Source: Chrysomallon squamiferum
Lineage: Eukaryota; Animalia; Mollusca
Assembly: GCA_012295275.1 (NCBI GenBank)
Contig: CM022665.1
Span: 11,966,001 to 12,030,000 of the forward strand
DNA length: 64,000 bases
Direction of reading: 5' to 3'
Shown: one piece after another, positions 1-13,800 of the stretch
How positions within the stretch are numbered: the first letter of the stretch is position 1
Layout: each line of letters begins with the position of its first letter
Translations under genes and position numbers: made by a program
The notes under the pieces: model-generated
Databases searched by the model: none
What the model saw: the letters and a program-made list of their open reading frames with translations, nothing else
What the model was told of the DNA's origin: nothing

Positions 1-9
1 GGAAATGTG

Positions 10-2731
10 ATGTTTATTGACTTGCCAGATGAAATAATAACTGTTATTTTTTCATACGTGCCAGCAAAAGACCTCGTAAAACGTTGCAGTCTAGTAAGTA
101 AAATGTGGAATAATATTATCAGTGAACAAACATTGTGGAGATTGAAATGTCAAAATGAAAGAAAATATATTCCTTCTGTGATGCCTGTACCAGATGACTT
201 CAAGAAACTGTACTTCTTCAATCCTTTTGCTAGAAATTTTCTCAAAAATCCTTGTGCTGTTGGTAAGAAGTAGTTAATTCTTTACTAATATTATCTATCA
301 TTCTATGGTGCCCAGAAATGCATTCAAAGGAAAAACTAAAATGGTAACTATAACACTAATGTATCATGATTTAAATTAGAAATAACCCTATAAATTAATG
401 AGCAGAGCACACTCATCTGAAAATTTGGAAATTAAGAGATTAAGATGATATTTTATTTATAAGAAAGAGAAAATTGATGAAAAATCCTGAAGTTCATTTT
501 ATATATTATATATTAACTGTATATATATATTTTTTTTTAGATGGGCTTCTACACTGGACTGTAACACATAATGGAGGTGATCGATTTCTTGTAGAGAATA
601 CTCCTTCAGGAGCAATGCCACTTACAACAGCTGTAGACATTTCATTCTATGGTAAAAATAAATTAATAAAATTTAACCGTAGATCCTGATTAGTCTTTGT
701 CAAAAATTTGTTATGACGAATCTGTTAAATAAAAAAATAATTAGAATTTTAATCTATTCATTATTAATATATTGAGATATGAATAAAGTCACATTAATGA
801 TACATTAATACATTTTATTACAAATTGTTATTACCTGTCAAATATATTATTTTTGCCTATGAAGATGGTATCATTTGTATGTCCATCACCAGATGTAGTG
901 TATATGCACTTAGAAAATATCTACAACAGCTTTTAACAAATAGACATTTAGAAATAACTTAGGACTCCTAAGGTAGATTAATTCTGCAATCCATTATGCT
1001 TCGATTACTGAACTAAAAGATGCAGCACAACATAACCACAGCAGAAGTGAATTTTTCATTTTATTAAATATAAACAGAATTACAGTTGTTTTGACTTTTT
1101 GTAATTAACTAGGTTAGTATATAATCATTTTGACGTTTTATTTCAGATCGTGCTAAAAACTGGGCAACTTCATATGCATTGTGTGAGAAAAAGCAAACTG
1201 TTGATCTAATAAAAGAAGGATGTTCTGAAGAGATACTTGACAAATACCAGCCTCCAATTCAAGTTTCTGAATGGTAGAACCAGTCCTTGTTATTATGTTA
1301 AATGTTTGGATTTATCAATAAGTCAGTAGTTTCTTTTAGCTGAAGTAAAGTTAAATGATTACTTTTGCTATGAAAAGTGTAAAACTTTACCACATTAATT
1401 TAAGCATTTGTATAACCATAAACAGAAGAAAAAAAAATAATGTAGTTTATGTTCAAAGCAGGTAAATGTTCAGTGTGTAATCAGCTTTAGAAATTTTGTT
1501 TTATTATTTATTTACACTACAGAGATTACATCCTATGACCCATCATCTCTATTGTGGGGCACGACACAGTTGACTGTTAGAGCATCCACATAAATTGTCA
1601 CTCCCTCTTAGTGGACTCATGTAACAGATCACTTGCTGCTAATCAGAAAGAGTAGCAGTGGGTTTCTTCTCTTCTTATGTCTGATGTAAATAAAATGGGA
1701 TATGTGGGTTGATAAACAAAATATTTCTTTCCTTCCTTGCATGATTTTTTTCAGGCCTTACTGTAACAGTGAACTGCAGCTTGCATCCTAAACAATAAAT
1801 TACAATGCATTGTTTAGTAGCTAATAAGTAAGTTCAGATAAGCAGGCTTGTAAATGTTTTATTCTATTATTTGGGACATTCTGGGTTTTTTTTTCCTACA
1901 GGTATGCTGGAAGATTTGATTGTGGGTGTGTTTACTATCTGAGTGTTAAACTGCTATCTGCTAGTAATAGAACACTGAAAAAATTTAAGGTAGAGAAACA
2001 GATTGACCAGTGGGCAGGGAAAGAGTGGGAACAGGTAATATTGTTTTTGTCATAATAATTATAAAATTGTGAGGTTGAGCTGTTCTTTACAGGCCTATAG
2101 TAGTATTTTTACCTGTTAACAGGAAGTCATGTTTTGAATCCCTTCAGAAAGGGTTTTATTTCTGACAGTATTATTTTGAATAATGACATCTCTTGAAATT
2201 AATTCTGTAAATTCAAATAATTTAATTTTATATAATAAATTCATATCTGAGAGATTTAACATCCATAGAAAGCCTGATAATTATTTAAGATTATTTCAGT
2301 TTGTCTGGAAATAATATTTTTAATTTCTTCAAATATCAGTCAAGCATTACCTAACCCTGCAGAATGATAACAAGTACATGGTATATTAAGCACTGATATG
2401 TGATATATGGATATATTTTATCAGGTTTCAGTTAAACATTTTATTTATCATCATTTGTACTGAAATTTTATAATTTTATGTCAGGATGCTTCTTAACTTT
2501 GAATAAAACTTTATTTTGATTTATTATTTTGTTCAGTTCTAATTCACATATTGGATTTGATTACAACAACAATAATAATACCTTGAATTTCAGACTGTGC
2601 ATACATTTACTGATTATGGACCTGGTGTTCGTTTTGTGGAATTCAAACATGGTGGAAAGGACACTCAGTTTTGGGCTGGTCATTACGGTCCAAAGTTTAC
2701 ACTTTCATCAGTGCAGTTCCATTTTACGTAA
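10..2731 (+). CDS. F-box protein with FBA (glycan-binding) domain, FBXO2/FBXO6/FBXO27/FBXO44 family; 5 coding exons: 10-262, 541-651, 1147-1273, 1902-2034, 2594-2731 (253 aa)
   Basis: F-box motif LPDEIITVIFSYVP..L...CSLVSKMW in exon 1; FBA motifs NFLKNPCA, W....GGD, WATSY.LC.KKQTVDL..EG...E.LD.YQPPI.VSEWYAGRFDCG, HTF.DYGPGVRFV.F.HGGKDTQFWAGHYG. All introns are GT-AG and the phases join to 762 nt ending in TAA. 5' UTR and promoter lie outside the window. The specific vertebrate paralogue cannot be assigned. Confidence 0.93.
1552..1737 (+). mobile_element. Degenerate SINE-like fragment in F-box gene intron 3
   Basis: GC-richer island containing gatcacttgctgctaatcagaaagagtagc...gggtttcttctctc...taaataaaat...atttctttccttcc, resembling from memory the core and tail of a tRNA-derived SINE common in gastropods; not verified by a database search. 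Confidence 0.5.
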
Positions 2732-4839
2732 TCAGCCTTTATTTATACTTTCATCACATCAAAGCAGTTCTCCTTTACATACATTTTTGGTATGTTAGTA
2801 TACTGTGATATTCTTGATAGCATTATTTCCAGATGGTTGTGAAAATATTAGTACTAGTAAGATATGGCAGGTTTGTCCAGAAGCTTTACAAATTATATTA
2901 GATGCAATACTTTTTCACTTAGAGAAGATTTCTGAAATATTCAAATCACAATTATGTTTACATATGTAGCTGTATTCTTGGGTATCATTAGCTGAAAAAA
3001 AAGATACAAAAAAAAAAAGGTATTATTTTCGGACAGCAAGACAGGTGAGTTGATGTTTTGAATAAGGTCATAAAATGACATAAAAGAGATGCATTTAAAA
3101 TTTATTAATTTGTAACTTTTATGATTCATTTAAAATGTTGTATTCTCCTGTTTCATTCAAGCAATATTACTTTTCAGGACTATAAATATTTATTTTTGAA
3201 TTATGTAAAATAAGGATTTTGACTGTATTGTTGCATCAGAAAAAAAGGATCAAGATGTACATTACCCCAAATATTTTGCATTGTAATTTAATTATGAAAA
3301 TTTGAAAATTATTTGAATATTTACAAGTACTGATAATTTTAACAGGGAAGGATGATATTTTTTAAAACACTTGTTTATTTTTTATATTCCATGTTGTCTT
3401 TCACATCAAAAGGAGGGGCAGTGCTCTACATACCCTCTTTGTAACCAATTCTACTGTTAAATCAAAAGATACTTCAACTATAGTAATTAAAGGAATATAT
3501 CCTCAGGTTAAAGAATACTAATGGATATTTCTTGGTAGTTTTAAGATTTCATTTTTTTTCATATATATATGTGTTTTTAAAATCATGTTGTTCCTCTGAA
3601 ACATTAAGCAATAAATCAGTTTAAAAATTAGATTACTATGAGAAAAAAAAAGGATTAAATTATCCACTAATCATATCATAAAGCCATAACATATTTAAAT
3701 TTATTTATTTGTTCCTGTTTAATTCATATATGAAATGGGAAATCAGGGTATTTATTAAAAATGTTGTTGTGAATGCTGAAGGTTTTATATTTCTGTTATT
3801 ATGTATGACACTGCTTATTACCAGATTTTTTAAGAGTGTATGATTCCTTTGATCAGTAAATGAACTGTTATTTTCTGGTTGTTTTATTAATTTTTTGACA
3901 ATGATAACACCAAATACATGAGACATACATACAATTTTGTTTAATTGGTAACAGAAACAGAAAATGAAGAAACTGAAAAAATTTAGTTACTTCCCAGAAG
4001 CATCTTACTATTTTAACAGTACTTCAATACCACATTTTTAGTTATTATGAGTCAGACAAAATATTTTGTTATGAAAATACAAGAGAACTATTATTTTCTT
4101 TCCTGCAGGTAGATAATGGTATATTATAATCTTCAGTTTACAGTCATAACAGCTGATAGACATCAGGCAATGACATTTTTAAGTAAAACACAAAATTATT
4201 AGGCATCTTAGTACAACTGCTGTCATGATGATATCTAAGATGACCCCTGTTGTTCTTTTGTTATCATTTAAAACTGATTTTTACATACGTATATATATCA
4301 CAATAAAAAGTAAAATAACAATCAAAAGTACGATTTGTTACTATTCTAAACTATTAACAGTTTGATTCTTAAAATTATTGTGTGTAAAAGAACCACCCAC
4401 TAGGTTGCATTCATATTCTTGGAAATAATAGATTTAACAATAACCAAGCTTTAGTATTTTTCATAATTATATTAACTGAACAGAAAGGAAAAAGTTTTAA
4501 ACTGAATATATAACAAATGAAGTTTTTAAAAATTATTTTTTGTTGTTTTTACAAATGAAATAATACTTCTGATAACTGAATTACATTATTATACAATTCT
4601 TTTGTAAAATTTGTCTAAAACAAAATGCCCAATGTAAATGCTTCATAAAAAAAAATTGTCTTTTTTAATCTTTCTAATGGAATCATTGTCATAATTGCAA
4701 ATATATTATTCCTTTTAATCACATCACAGATTACATTTTTATTATAATAATACTACTGTATGTTTAATTTTTAAAATGATAACATATATGGTAATATGAT
4801 TGTCAACTGTAATGATAAAGACAGCTTTGTCTGTAATCC

Positions 4840-7800
4840 CTAAAGTTTATACTTAGAAGGAATAACTGCTGCTAAATTTGGCCTATCACCAATGACAAGA
4901 ACTGTGTCATCAATATGTTTTCTTAAGTGTTCCTCCACCACCTGAAAAAAAGAACAGAAAAAGATACTAATATTTTGTTGAGCAGCAACTGTGACAATCT
5001 AAAATACAGGTCATGCTGAATTCATGAAAAGTTTTCTTTTAAAAATGTATTAATAAATGTAAATGCGTAACTACCATAGTATTGTTTTCTGTGGAGATCC
5101 ACTGGGGACAATCTTTCCATGGACATCTCATCATGTTGGTGTTAGGCAGAGTATGGTCAGTTAAAATATGATGCAGGAGGTGATCTCGCAAACCAAACAC
5201 ATAGTTGCAGCCAGGACTCTGAGAAAAAAACCCCAACAAAATAACTTTTAAACTTTTATGTTACCACTTTTATGTTAACTTTTAACATACAAATAATCTT
5301 CAAAGACTTTTTGAATGATAAACTGATAATTTGAGGAGGCATTTTAATAAACACCAAAAAATAAGATAAAACTAGTTGTTATTCTGCTTAAGACATAATA
5401 ACAATTTGTTCAGATATTAATAACTGAAAATTAATTAATCTGATGCATTAACTTTTAAATGCAGTTTGTGGAAGCTGATAAGAATCAGTAATGGCTCTTT
5501 CCCTGAAATTCAGTTTTAGCCAGAACTGTTTTCTCGACATATCCTAAACAAATGATAACAATTTTTTTTAAATTGTTTTGATTAGTATTTATGTACAAAA
5601 ACACCACCAGAAATACATTATTAAAATTTAACTGATAACAGAATTATAAAAAACAATTACAATTTTTTTTTTAAATTGTTGTGCAGGTAAGATATGTTTT
5701 TTTTTAATAACCCCTGATTAATAATAAGTATTTTAATTATAATTCCTATATTTTGTTGCCCCTTCTTTCTTTGTCAGTCTAACATTAAAAAGTCATAAAC
5801 ATTTTTAAAACAGCCGCAGAATCAGCCTGTTAGTTGACTTCAGCTGCAGTTTTGCCTCTCAGGTTTTGAGTTACAGTTCCCCACCACAGGGAACCAGGCA
5901 CTGACTGCTGTTGTGCTAAGCATTCTCGGCACGACAAGCCCAGCCGATTCTTGTCACTGTGGACAGCAAACCCATGTGGTTCTGTATCCAGTCCCAGTGA
6001 CACGAGAATGGTCACAGTACTTGTTTCAGATCTAGAATAATTTCATAGATTATGTTTCGATCTATACCATACATGGATCTGTAAATTTAATTAACTAAAT
6101 TAATTAGTGATAATTTTAAAATAATTTTACAGTATTTGTTTCTGTGATAGTTGATCTATTTATGTTAATTAGTGACAAACAAAATAATTTCATACTGTTT
6201 CCCATATGTACTAAGACCTATTTTTATTAATACAGACCACTAGATTAATTAATTATAAAAAGTGATAGTTCAATGAATTTTAAATAAAAACAGAACATTC
6301 TGCATTTGAATCAGATCAATTAGTAATAGAAAATACAGAATTAATTTTATTTTTAAGCATACTCACTTGAAAATAATTACAAATATGCCTCCCGAATTCC
6401 CCCTCCCAAAATAAAATAAAAAACCAAGTTCTATTTTAAAATATATTACAATAATTTTTTGATATAAAATTCTGTAAACTAATATCTGGGGGAAAAAAAA
6501 GAAAAAAGCCAAAAAGGATTTTTGTAATGAGTTACTCTTACTCTGCAGCTCCAGTTTTTGTCCAGTTCCAGCTCAATACATTCCACTTCACCTTTTCTGT
6601 TACCAGTGTACAACTGCAAAATGAATGAACATTCTGACACATATTTATATTATTGTAATAGTATCTAAGAGTAAGAAAAAAGTATATTTCACAATGACAA
6701 CATACAAGACAGCAATCATCTTTTACTTTCACCTTCCTATAACAGGAACCATAGACCTATTACAGGAAAAAGGCCAGAGAATGCACTGATTAGCATCATC
6801 ACTATCGTTTTAAGTATTCTATCGCTGAGCTTTAATTAATGTAATTTTAAATACATGATTTCTATGAAACGCATTTTAAGTCACTTCACCTAACCACTAC
6901 TAGAATTTTGGAAGGAACTAAGACTAGTTTTAGCAATTTTTAATTACATGGATTTTCATATCTACATAAAATAAAACAAAATAATATGCTACCCACTAAT
7001 CAGGCTTTCTCATTAATGATTTTATCACAATAAATAATCATACACAAAGAACAGTTGTGTTTTGATACTCTTTTCAGAATGGTAGCAAGTTTTAATAACA
7101 TTAACATTTTTGTACAAAATAACCAAATGAAAACAAGAAACTGATTTTTTGCAATTTAGCCTATCATTTTTATTAAGGTAAATATTAAATTTAAAAAAAA
7201 TAGAAGAGAAAGATTTATTGTTAAAAAGCAATAATTACCTTGTTACCATAAATGGCCATATATGTAATTGAACATTTCCCAGCTCCATAGTACATCTGCT
7301 TTAAGGTACGTTTCTGTAAAGTTTAAAATCAACAAAAGAAAACTATTTTGATTAAAACATATTAGTGTCAAGATAAAGTTATTAAATGTATGCCTACATC
7401 TGTATTGTCAACTTTAAGGTGTTTACCTAGGGACAATCTATTACTTTTCAAAACAGACTTCCAGTAATCAATCAACCATTATTGCAAGTGAAAAGTTAAG
7501 CACATTTACTTTGGGGTTACAATCCAAAATCCTGAAATTCTAAGTTCAATACAGGGTTAGTATTGGATTGTTACAAGTAACAGAAAACTAAAAAAAATGA
7601 CTGTAATGATTTTAAATCTTCCCAATTAGATTTGCTTATGAGAAGTTACCAGGATTTGACCCTAGTTCCTATCAGTCTTATGACCAATAATTTAATAAGT
7701 TACTGATCCCAAAACCCCCCAAAAGAATAACTCTCATTAATACACTTTTGTACAGACACACATAATGTCAAAACCACGTTTTGCTTCACAGACCAATTTC

Positions 7801-10800
7801 ATTAGTCACAGAACAACAAAATAATCAATATGCTGGTGAAATACTCAGTAAGAATGAGTAAGCCAACAGTTGAGTTAGCTCACAAAAATCAATTTTGTGT
7901 GGAATTCCTTTCATTTGATTCATTAAACTAGTCAGTTCTAGCTGATGTTATCAGTCAGAATACAGGTTTCTGTGCCAGTTAATGAAAGAAAAGACCAGAT
8001 TATTAACTTGCGTAAAGAAATGGAAATATTTATTTTACAGCACCTGAGCAAACATCGTCCTCTTTTTGGAAACAAGTATATGAAGAAACCAGTATATTGC
8101 AGATGTGTATTTGGAACTATGATAGCAAATAACATCATATATACTTCAGGCTATATGAATGCTATAGAAACATATTTCAAGAATCTAATATACTAATATC
8201 CATACTGGAAGCCTGTTGGTCAAAAACATGCATATTTAAGTATATATAATTCTGAACTCAGAAAAGTATATATTTTGATTAAGCAATACATTGGAACTTC
8301 ATGTATTTAATACATTAATAATTAAATAGCATCATATGTTCCTCAATATTTATGTTGAAACTTTAGAAAACAAATATGCCAAGAAACCAGGTGATGAACA
8401 TCTGCTTTTCACACAGGATGTTAAAAATCTTCATATTTAACTATGAATATAATTCTGAGTTTGACTTCATTTTAATAATGTAATATAACAAGGATAGCCG
8501 GATGTCCTTGTTTTGGAAGGAAAGATCTGCTTTTGAGCATTCTGTCCTTCATTCTGCACCACATCCACAACAATAATTTGTCCTTTTTTGTGGCTTGTCA
8601 AAAAGCTGCCTTACTTTATTTTAAACTATTAATTTCTTCCAGTTCTTCATTTTTAATGAATGACAGCATCAGTGTAATACATAGAGAGCATATTAAAAAC
8701 AAATTAATTTTAGTGATATTTGACAAATAAATACTACTGAATATATTTTCTATGGCTTGATATATATTTTCAACTCATCATAAAACATAAATCTTAAGGC
8801 TTTAGTAATTAATTTGTAATGTACTATAATTTCTAATATGAGTATTTTGGTTATTATGAAGTAAAAATGCATTCTCATTATATACCCCCACTCCAACCAA
8901 CCGACATAAAACAGCTGTGTCCTTTTGAGAGATTTGGAAATGTATATGCTAAATGTAATGGAAATATTTCTTTTTTTAGACACCAATGCTTTTGAAGTCT
9001 ATAATGGGTAAATCAGGCTGAACAACACATATAATTTTACAGAATTCAAGATTATATAAGACGAATGACATAAAGGTGGTCAGTGAATTTTAATATAAAT
9101 CATTTGATCCATCATCTAATTAAACTGTCAGAATCAAAATATTAATACAATAAAAAATAATTTTCAGAAAATGAACATGACATCGTTCATTTTGATTATA
9201 TCTCTGTGATACTATGTAACTGTACAGGATATGTTCCTGTGATGTAAAAATGCTATGTAATTAGTTTGGAAGAACAAAATTACTAATAAAATAGTGACAA
9301 ACTGCTGAAATTGTGCTCATGAACAAAAACTGTGTTCAAAATATATGTTAGTGAGGTAAAAATGAGGTTAGTTAACAAAAATAGTTTACAAAAATCCAAT
9401 TACTAGTAAAATAAAGACAAACTACAAAAACAGCATTCATAAGCAAAATATCTGTATTCTACCAAAGATCTGCATCTTACATAAACAGTTTTGTAGTAAT
9501 AGTTATGTCATTAATTTACAAGCATTCAATTATTCATCAAAGAGGGCAAGAATACAGTAAATCATCGTAACAACATTATAATTTCTATTTCCCCAAGACA
9601 GTTTATTTTCAAGCTTTGTCTGATGTAAGAAAAACCCAGTAAAAAATGAAAGTTGGTAGAATAATATATATTAAATATGTATTAATGTTATTTAAAAATA
9701 TATTTCAATGTTCAAACACCAAAAAAACATAATAGGCAAACTAGGTGTACACATAGGGCAACAGAATGAAAATCTTTATATATATTATAATGTATTATTT
9801 CAGAAAATCACTGATTTATCATTTATTAATATTACCTGTATATCAAAACATCGCACCAGACCATCAAAGCCTGCTGAGAAAAGCAGATCATTGTAAATCC
9901 AAATACTGGTTACTATACCCTTATGGTCAGAATATGTCCACTCCAAGTCACCAGTCTACAAAAATATTCAGGTAAAAATTAACATTTGGTTTAAATAAGT
10001 TTATTTACTGTTTTGTGATCATTTAGCAGTTACAAGTCTATACTGAGGCCTCACCTTGCATTTTAGAAATATAAATGCCAAGATTAAATCACAAAAAATA
10101 AAATATTAAAAAATGTTAAATATTAATTTAGGCAAGCAAATTCAGGTTTAACCTTTATGGGAATTATTAATTGATTTGTCAAATACAATTTAATATGATA
10201 ACATTCTGAATGTAAGATCTCACATACCTTCAAAATATTTTAAAATTAATTTTTAACATAAGTAAAATAAAAATGTAACAAAGCCTGGCTTTTACATGTG
10301 CTGTCATTTCATACAGATAATAAAAAAAGGCTGTGCAACAACATATTCTGTCTTTCAACATACTTTTATTGGAACATATTTTCATCCCACTTCTACAAAT
10401 AACAATTTGCTAATAAATAAAACAGCAGCCCAAATATATCTCCACATATCTGTTATATAAATGACACACTTTACTACTATTAAAGATTAGTGCTGAGGGT
10501 GAAATAAATGCAACACACAGAATTGTACAAAGTGAAATCAAAGAATTTGTATACCACTTTATTTTAATTCACAATTTAAATAAAAAAATTGATAACTTAC
10601 ATGTAGATCATGAACCATGATGGTTTTATCCCCTGAACCACTGAAAACATAATCTTGGGAGGCCTGCAATACAAAATAACTAAATGAATATAATTATTCA
10701 AAATCATTTACAAGGTAATCATTCAAAATAATTAACTCAAGCAATATAGTTTTCTAATATCTTTACTAACGTAAAACATTATTTGCACTTGTTTTTATTT

Positions 10801-13800
10801 TTCCTGTGAAATTTAAAGTTCATTTGTAAACAAAACATTGCTATTGTAATGAAGTTTTAAAAACAAATTTAAAGTATTTTAAATTAGTATTTTACAAATT
10901 AAGTAACAAACCTTAACAGAAAATACTGTTTTTCTATGCCCAGAAAGAATTCTAATGGGGAGACCAGAATGTGCATCACAGACTGAAATAACAGAATCTT
11001 GGGCAGCTATACATAGTAATACTCTCCCTGCCTCTTTGGTTGTTGTGATGCTGTGAATAGGTTTGTCAGCACACCTGAAAACATCCTTAATTCTGTTATT
11101 CTGAAAAAAAGAGAAAAAGAAAAGAAAATTGAAGGAAGATGATTATGGCAAGTCACAAATGTAAAGTAGATAAAACATTCATGAAAAGAAAAATATACCT
11201 AATATTCTTTTTTGCAGGAATTACAAAATTATTTATAATCCAAAGGATTGTTTCATATAAAAAATAAGTCACTATATATAGTTCTTTTTAAAACACAATC
11301 CTTAATTTAAAAGGAAAGAAAATGAAAGTGTTTTATTTTCACATGGTTTATTATTTCAAGACTTTCTTCTTCCAGCTGAATTTCAAATCAAATCCATAAC
11401 AAACAATATTAGAAATAATTATTGCTAACATTTCAACATTTTCTGTATATTACTTTTAAAATTTTTTTTTTTAAAAATGAAAAAATGTTTTCTCTCCCAG
11501 AGTTTAAAGAAATATATATATATATATATGTATCTTAATATGAATATATTTTGAAATACTGTTAATAACCTTATTTTTCACAACATGGACTTCTCCATTA
11601 GCTAATCCCAGGTAGACAAAGGTCCCACATGCATGCATGCACTGGATAGTACTTTTAACTGAAACCGAGTCTATACACTTGCTTTCCTAAAATAATAAAA
11701 ATGATGATGATGATGACAATACAGATTCTTACAATAAAATAACAGAAAATGCTTGTTAGAAATTATAACAGATTTTCAAATTTTCCTTTAAATAACTTAT
11801 TAACTCATACATATAGAAAATAATGAGGCTTTATTGGTAAATGCATCCTTGAAATGTTAAATTACTTAGATAAATTGAAATTAAATTTATATTTATTATT
11901 CAAAGAATGATTAATTAATTTAAGAAAAAGACAGAAACTTTTAATTTTTCAAACTAGATTAATAGAAACTTTTTTTTTTGCAAAAACGATGACAGAAAAT
12001 TTTACAGAAGGAAAAGAATTTTTGTTTTACAGAACTGATGACAGTAATTTTAAAAGAAAGTTGAAGTGTATGCCATATGGGACATACTTACTCTAATGTC
12101 AAACACTTTAAGCATTTCTGATGTTCCTCCAACAAACAACTTTACAGGAAGTTCATCCATCTTTGTTTCCCCAATAACCATATATTCTCCACTAGCTCCC
12201 TGGTATTCCATTACACACTGTCCAGACTGAAAACAAATTTCCAAAGCAGTAAGTGAAATATATCTAAAAACACATAAACATAGCTGTAATTCTTAACTTG
12301 CTACACATACAGGTATATACATATATGTATCTTTACTGTCTTCAGTTCCCCCTTTTCCCATGCCCCAATGTTTCTGTCTATCTCTATTTTTGATATTTTT
12401 CATCTAAAGTTAACTGTTATAATTAATATTTAATCTTAATCATTTGACATGAATTTTTAAATAATTATTTAAAAATATTTTCTAACAGTATTAATGTTTA
12501 AAAATTCATAATGCTGAGTCTTTTATGCACTACTTAATGCATGACATTTATTATTCAACTTTTGTCTCTTTTCTCACTGAAGATGGACTTTTTAAAAATC
12601 TGCAAAACTGTGGCATAGAAAATTAAATTTACTCACAGTGATATCAAATTTTTTAACATTTTCTTTTCCTTTATAAGCAATATAAAGTTCATTCTGGAAC
12701 ACATGAAAATATGATACTGGTGTTTGTGCTCCATGGAATGACATTTCATTCTTAGAAGAGTCTACATCATTGCTGGCTGCATTCACATCAACACCTGAAG
12801 GTCTGACATGCTCCGGTTTTACCTTCAGCCTTGCAAAAACAAAGAAAATTACAAACTGTGGTAAAGTTGCTAGAACAGTATTTAATAATTAACATGAGAT
12901 TAACATATACTATTATGTATTTGGCAGAAATGAATATATACTTAAATTCTGTTTTAATTTAACTGATTTATCACTCCATAATTATCCTTAAGAACAAGAT
13001 CTGTTATTGCTGATGGGTATGCAGTATGGCCAAATTGTAACTTTCTTTGTTATATATATATTTTTTAAATGTGGACAAATAAACAAATAATTCTACCTTC
13101 AAGAAAATTCTTTAAATCCTTTTCAAATTAATTCTAGAGTATGTCTTCATTTATTTTACAATTATCTTATTTTTTCTTTTTAATTTAAACATCATATTTT
13201 TATAATTTAATATTAATTACAAATTATTTCCGTAAATTATATTCCAGATGCTTTTTCTCAGAAGAAAAAAAAATTTAAAAAAAGGAAATAAAAAAACAAA
13301 AAAAAAGTATATTTTTGACTGCTGCATTTTAAAACACCAAAAACCTGAAAATGTACTGAAGTAAAAAAAAGGTGAAAAAGTAGTAATTACATTATGATTT
13401 GCATTGCAAACAATATTTAAAATTTCACAAACCTCTTGGGATTAATATCTGTATTTTCTTCTTCAGATTTTGTTGTCTGCTTTGCATGATCCTTCATTTC
13501 ATGATTTCTGTCATCCTTAATCTTCAAAGACTCATCAGAATTGTCCTCATCAGACTTACTTGAGAACACCAACTGCTGCTTCAGTGATGACAGACTCTGG
13601 TCTTTGCTCTCATCAGGTGAAGCACTTTCAGAAGAACTTGAGTCTACCCAGTATTTGTGTTTTCTGTTTGCTAACAAATCCCGTTCTTTCTTGCTCTTCC
13701 TTTTCTTTCTAAGAGAAGGTGAGGTTGAGCCAGCTTCCATCACTACAGAATCCTGCTGCTGTTCAGTGTGCTGGTTAGTAATTTCTAGTTTTTCTAAAAC

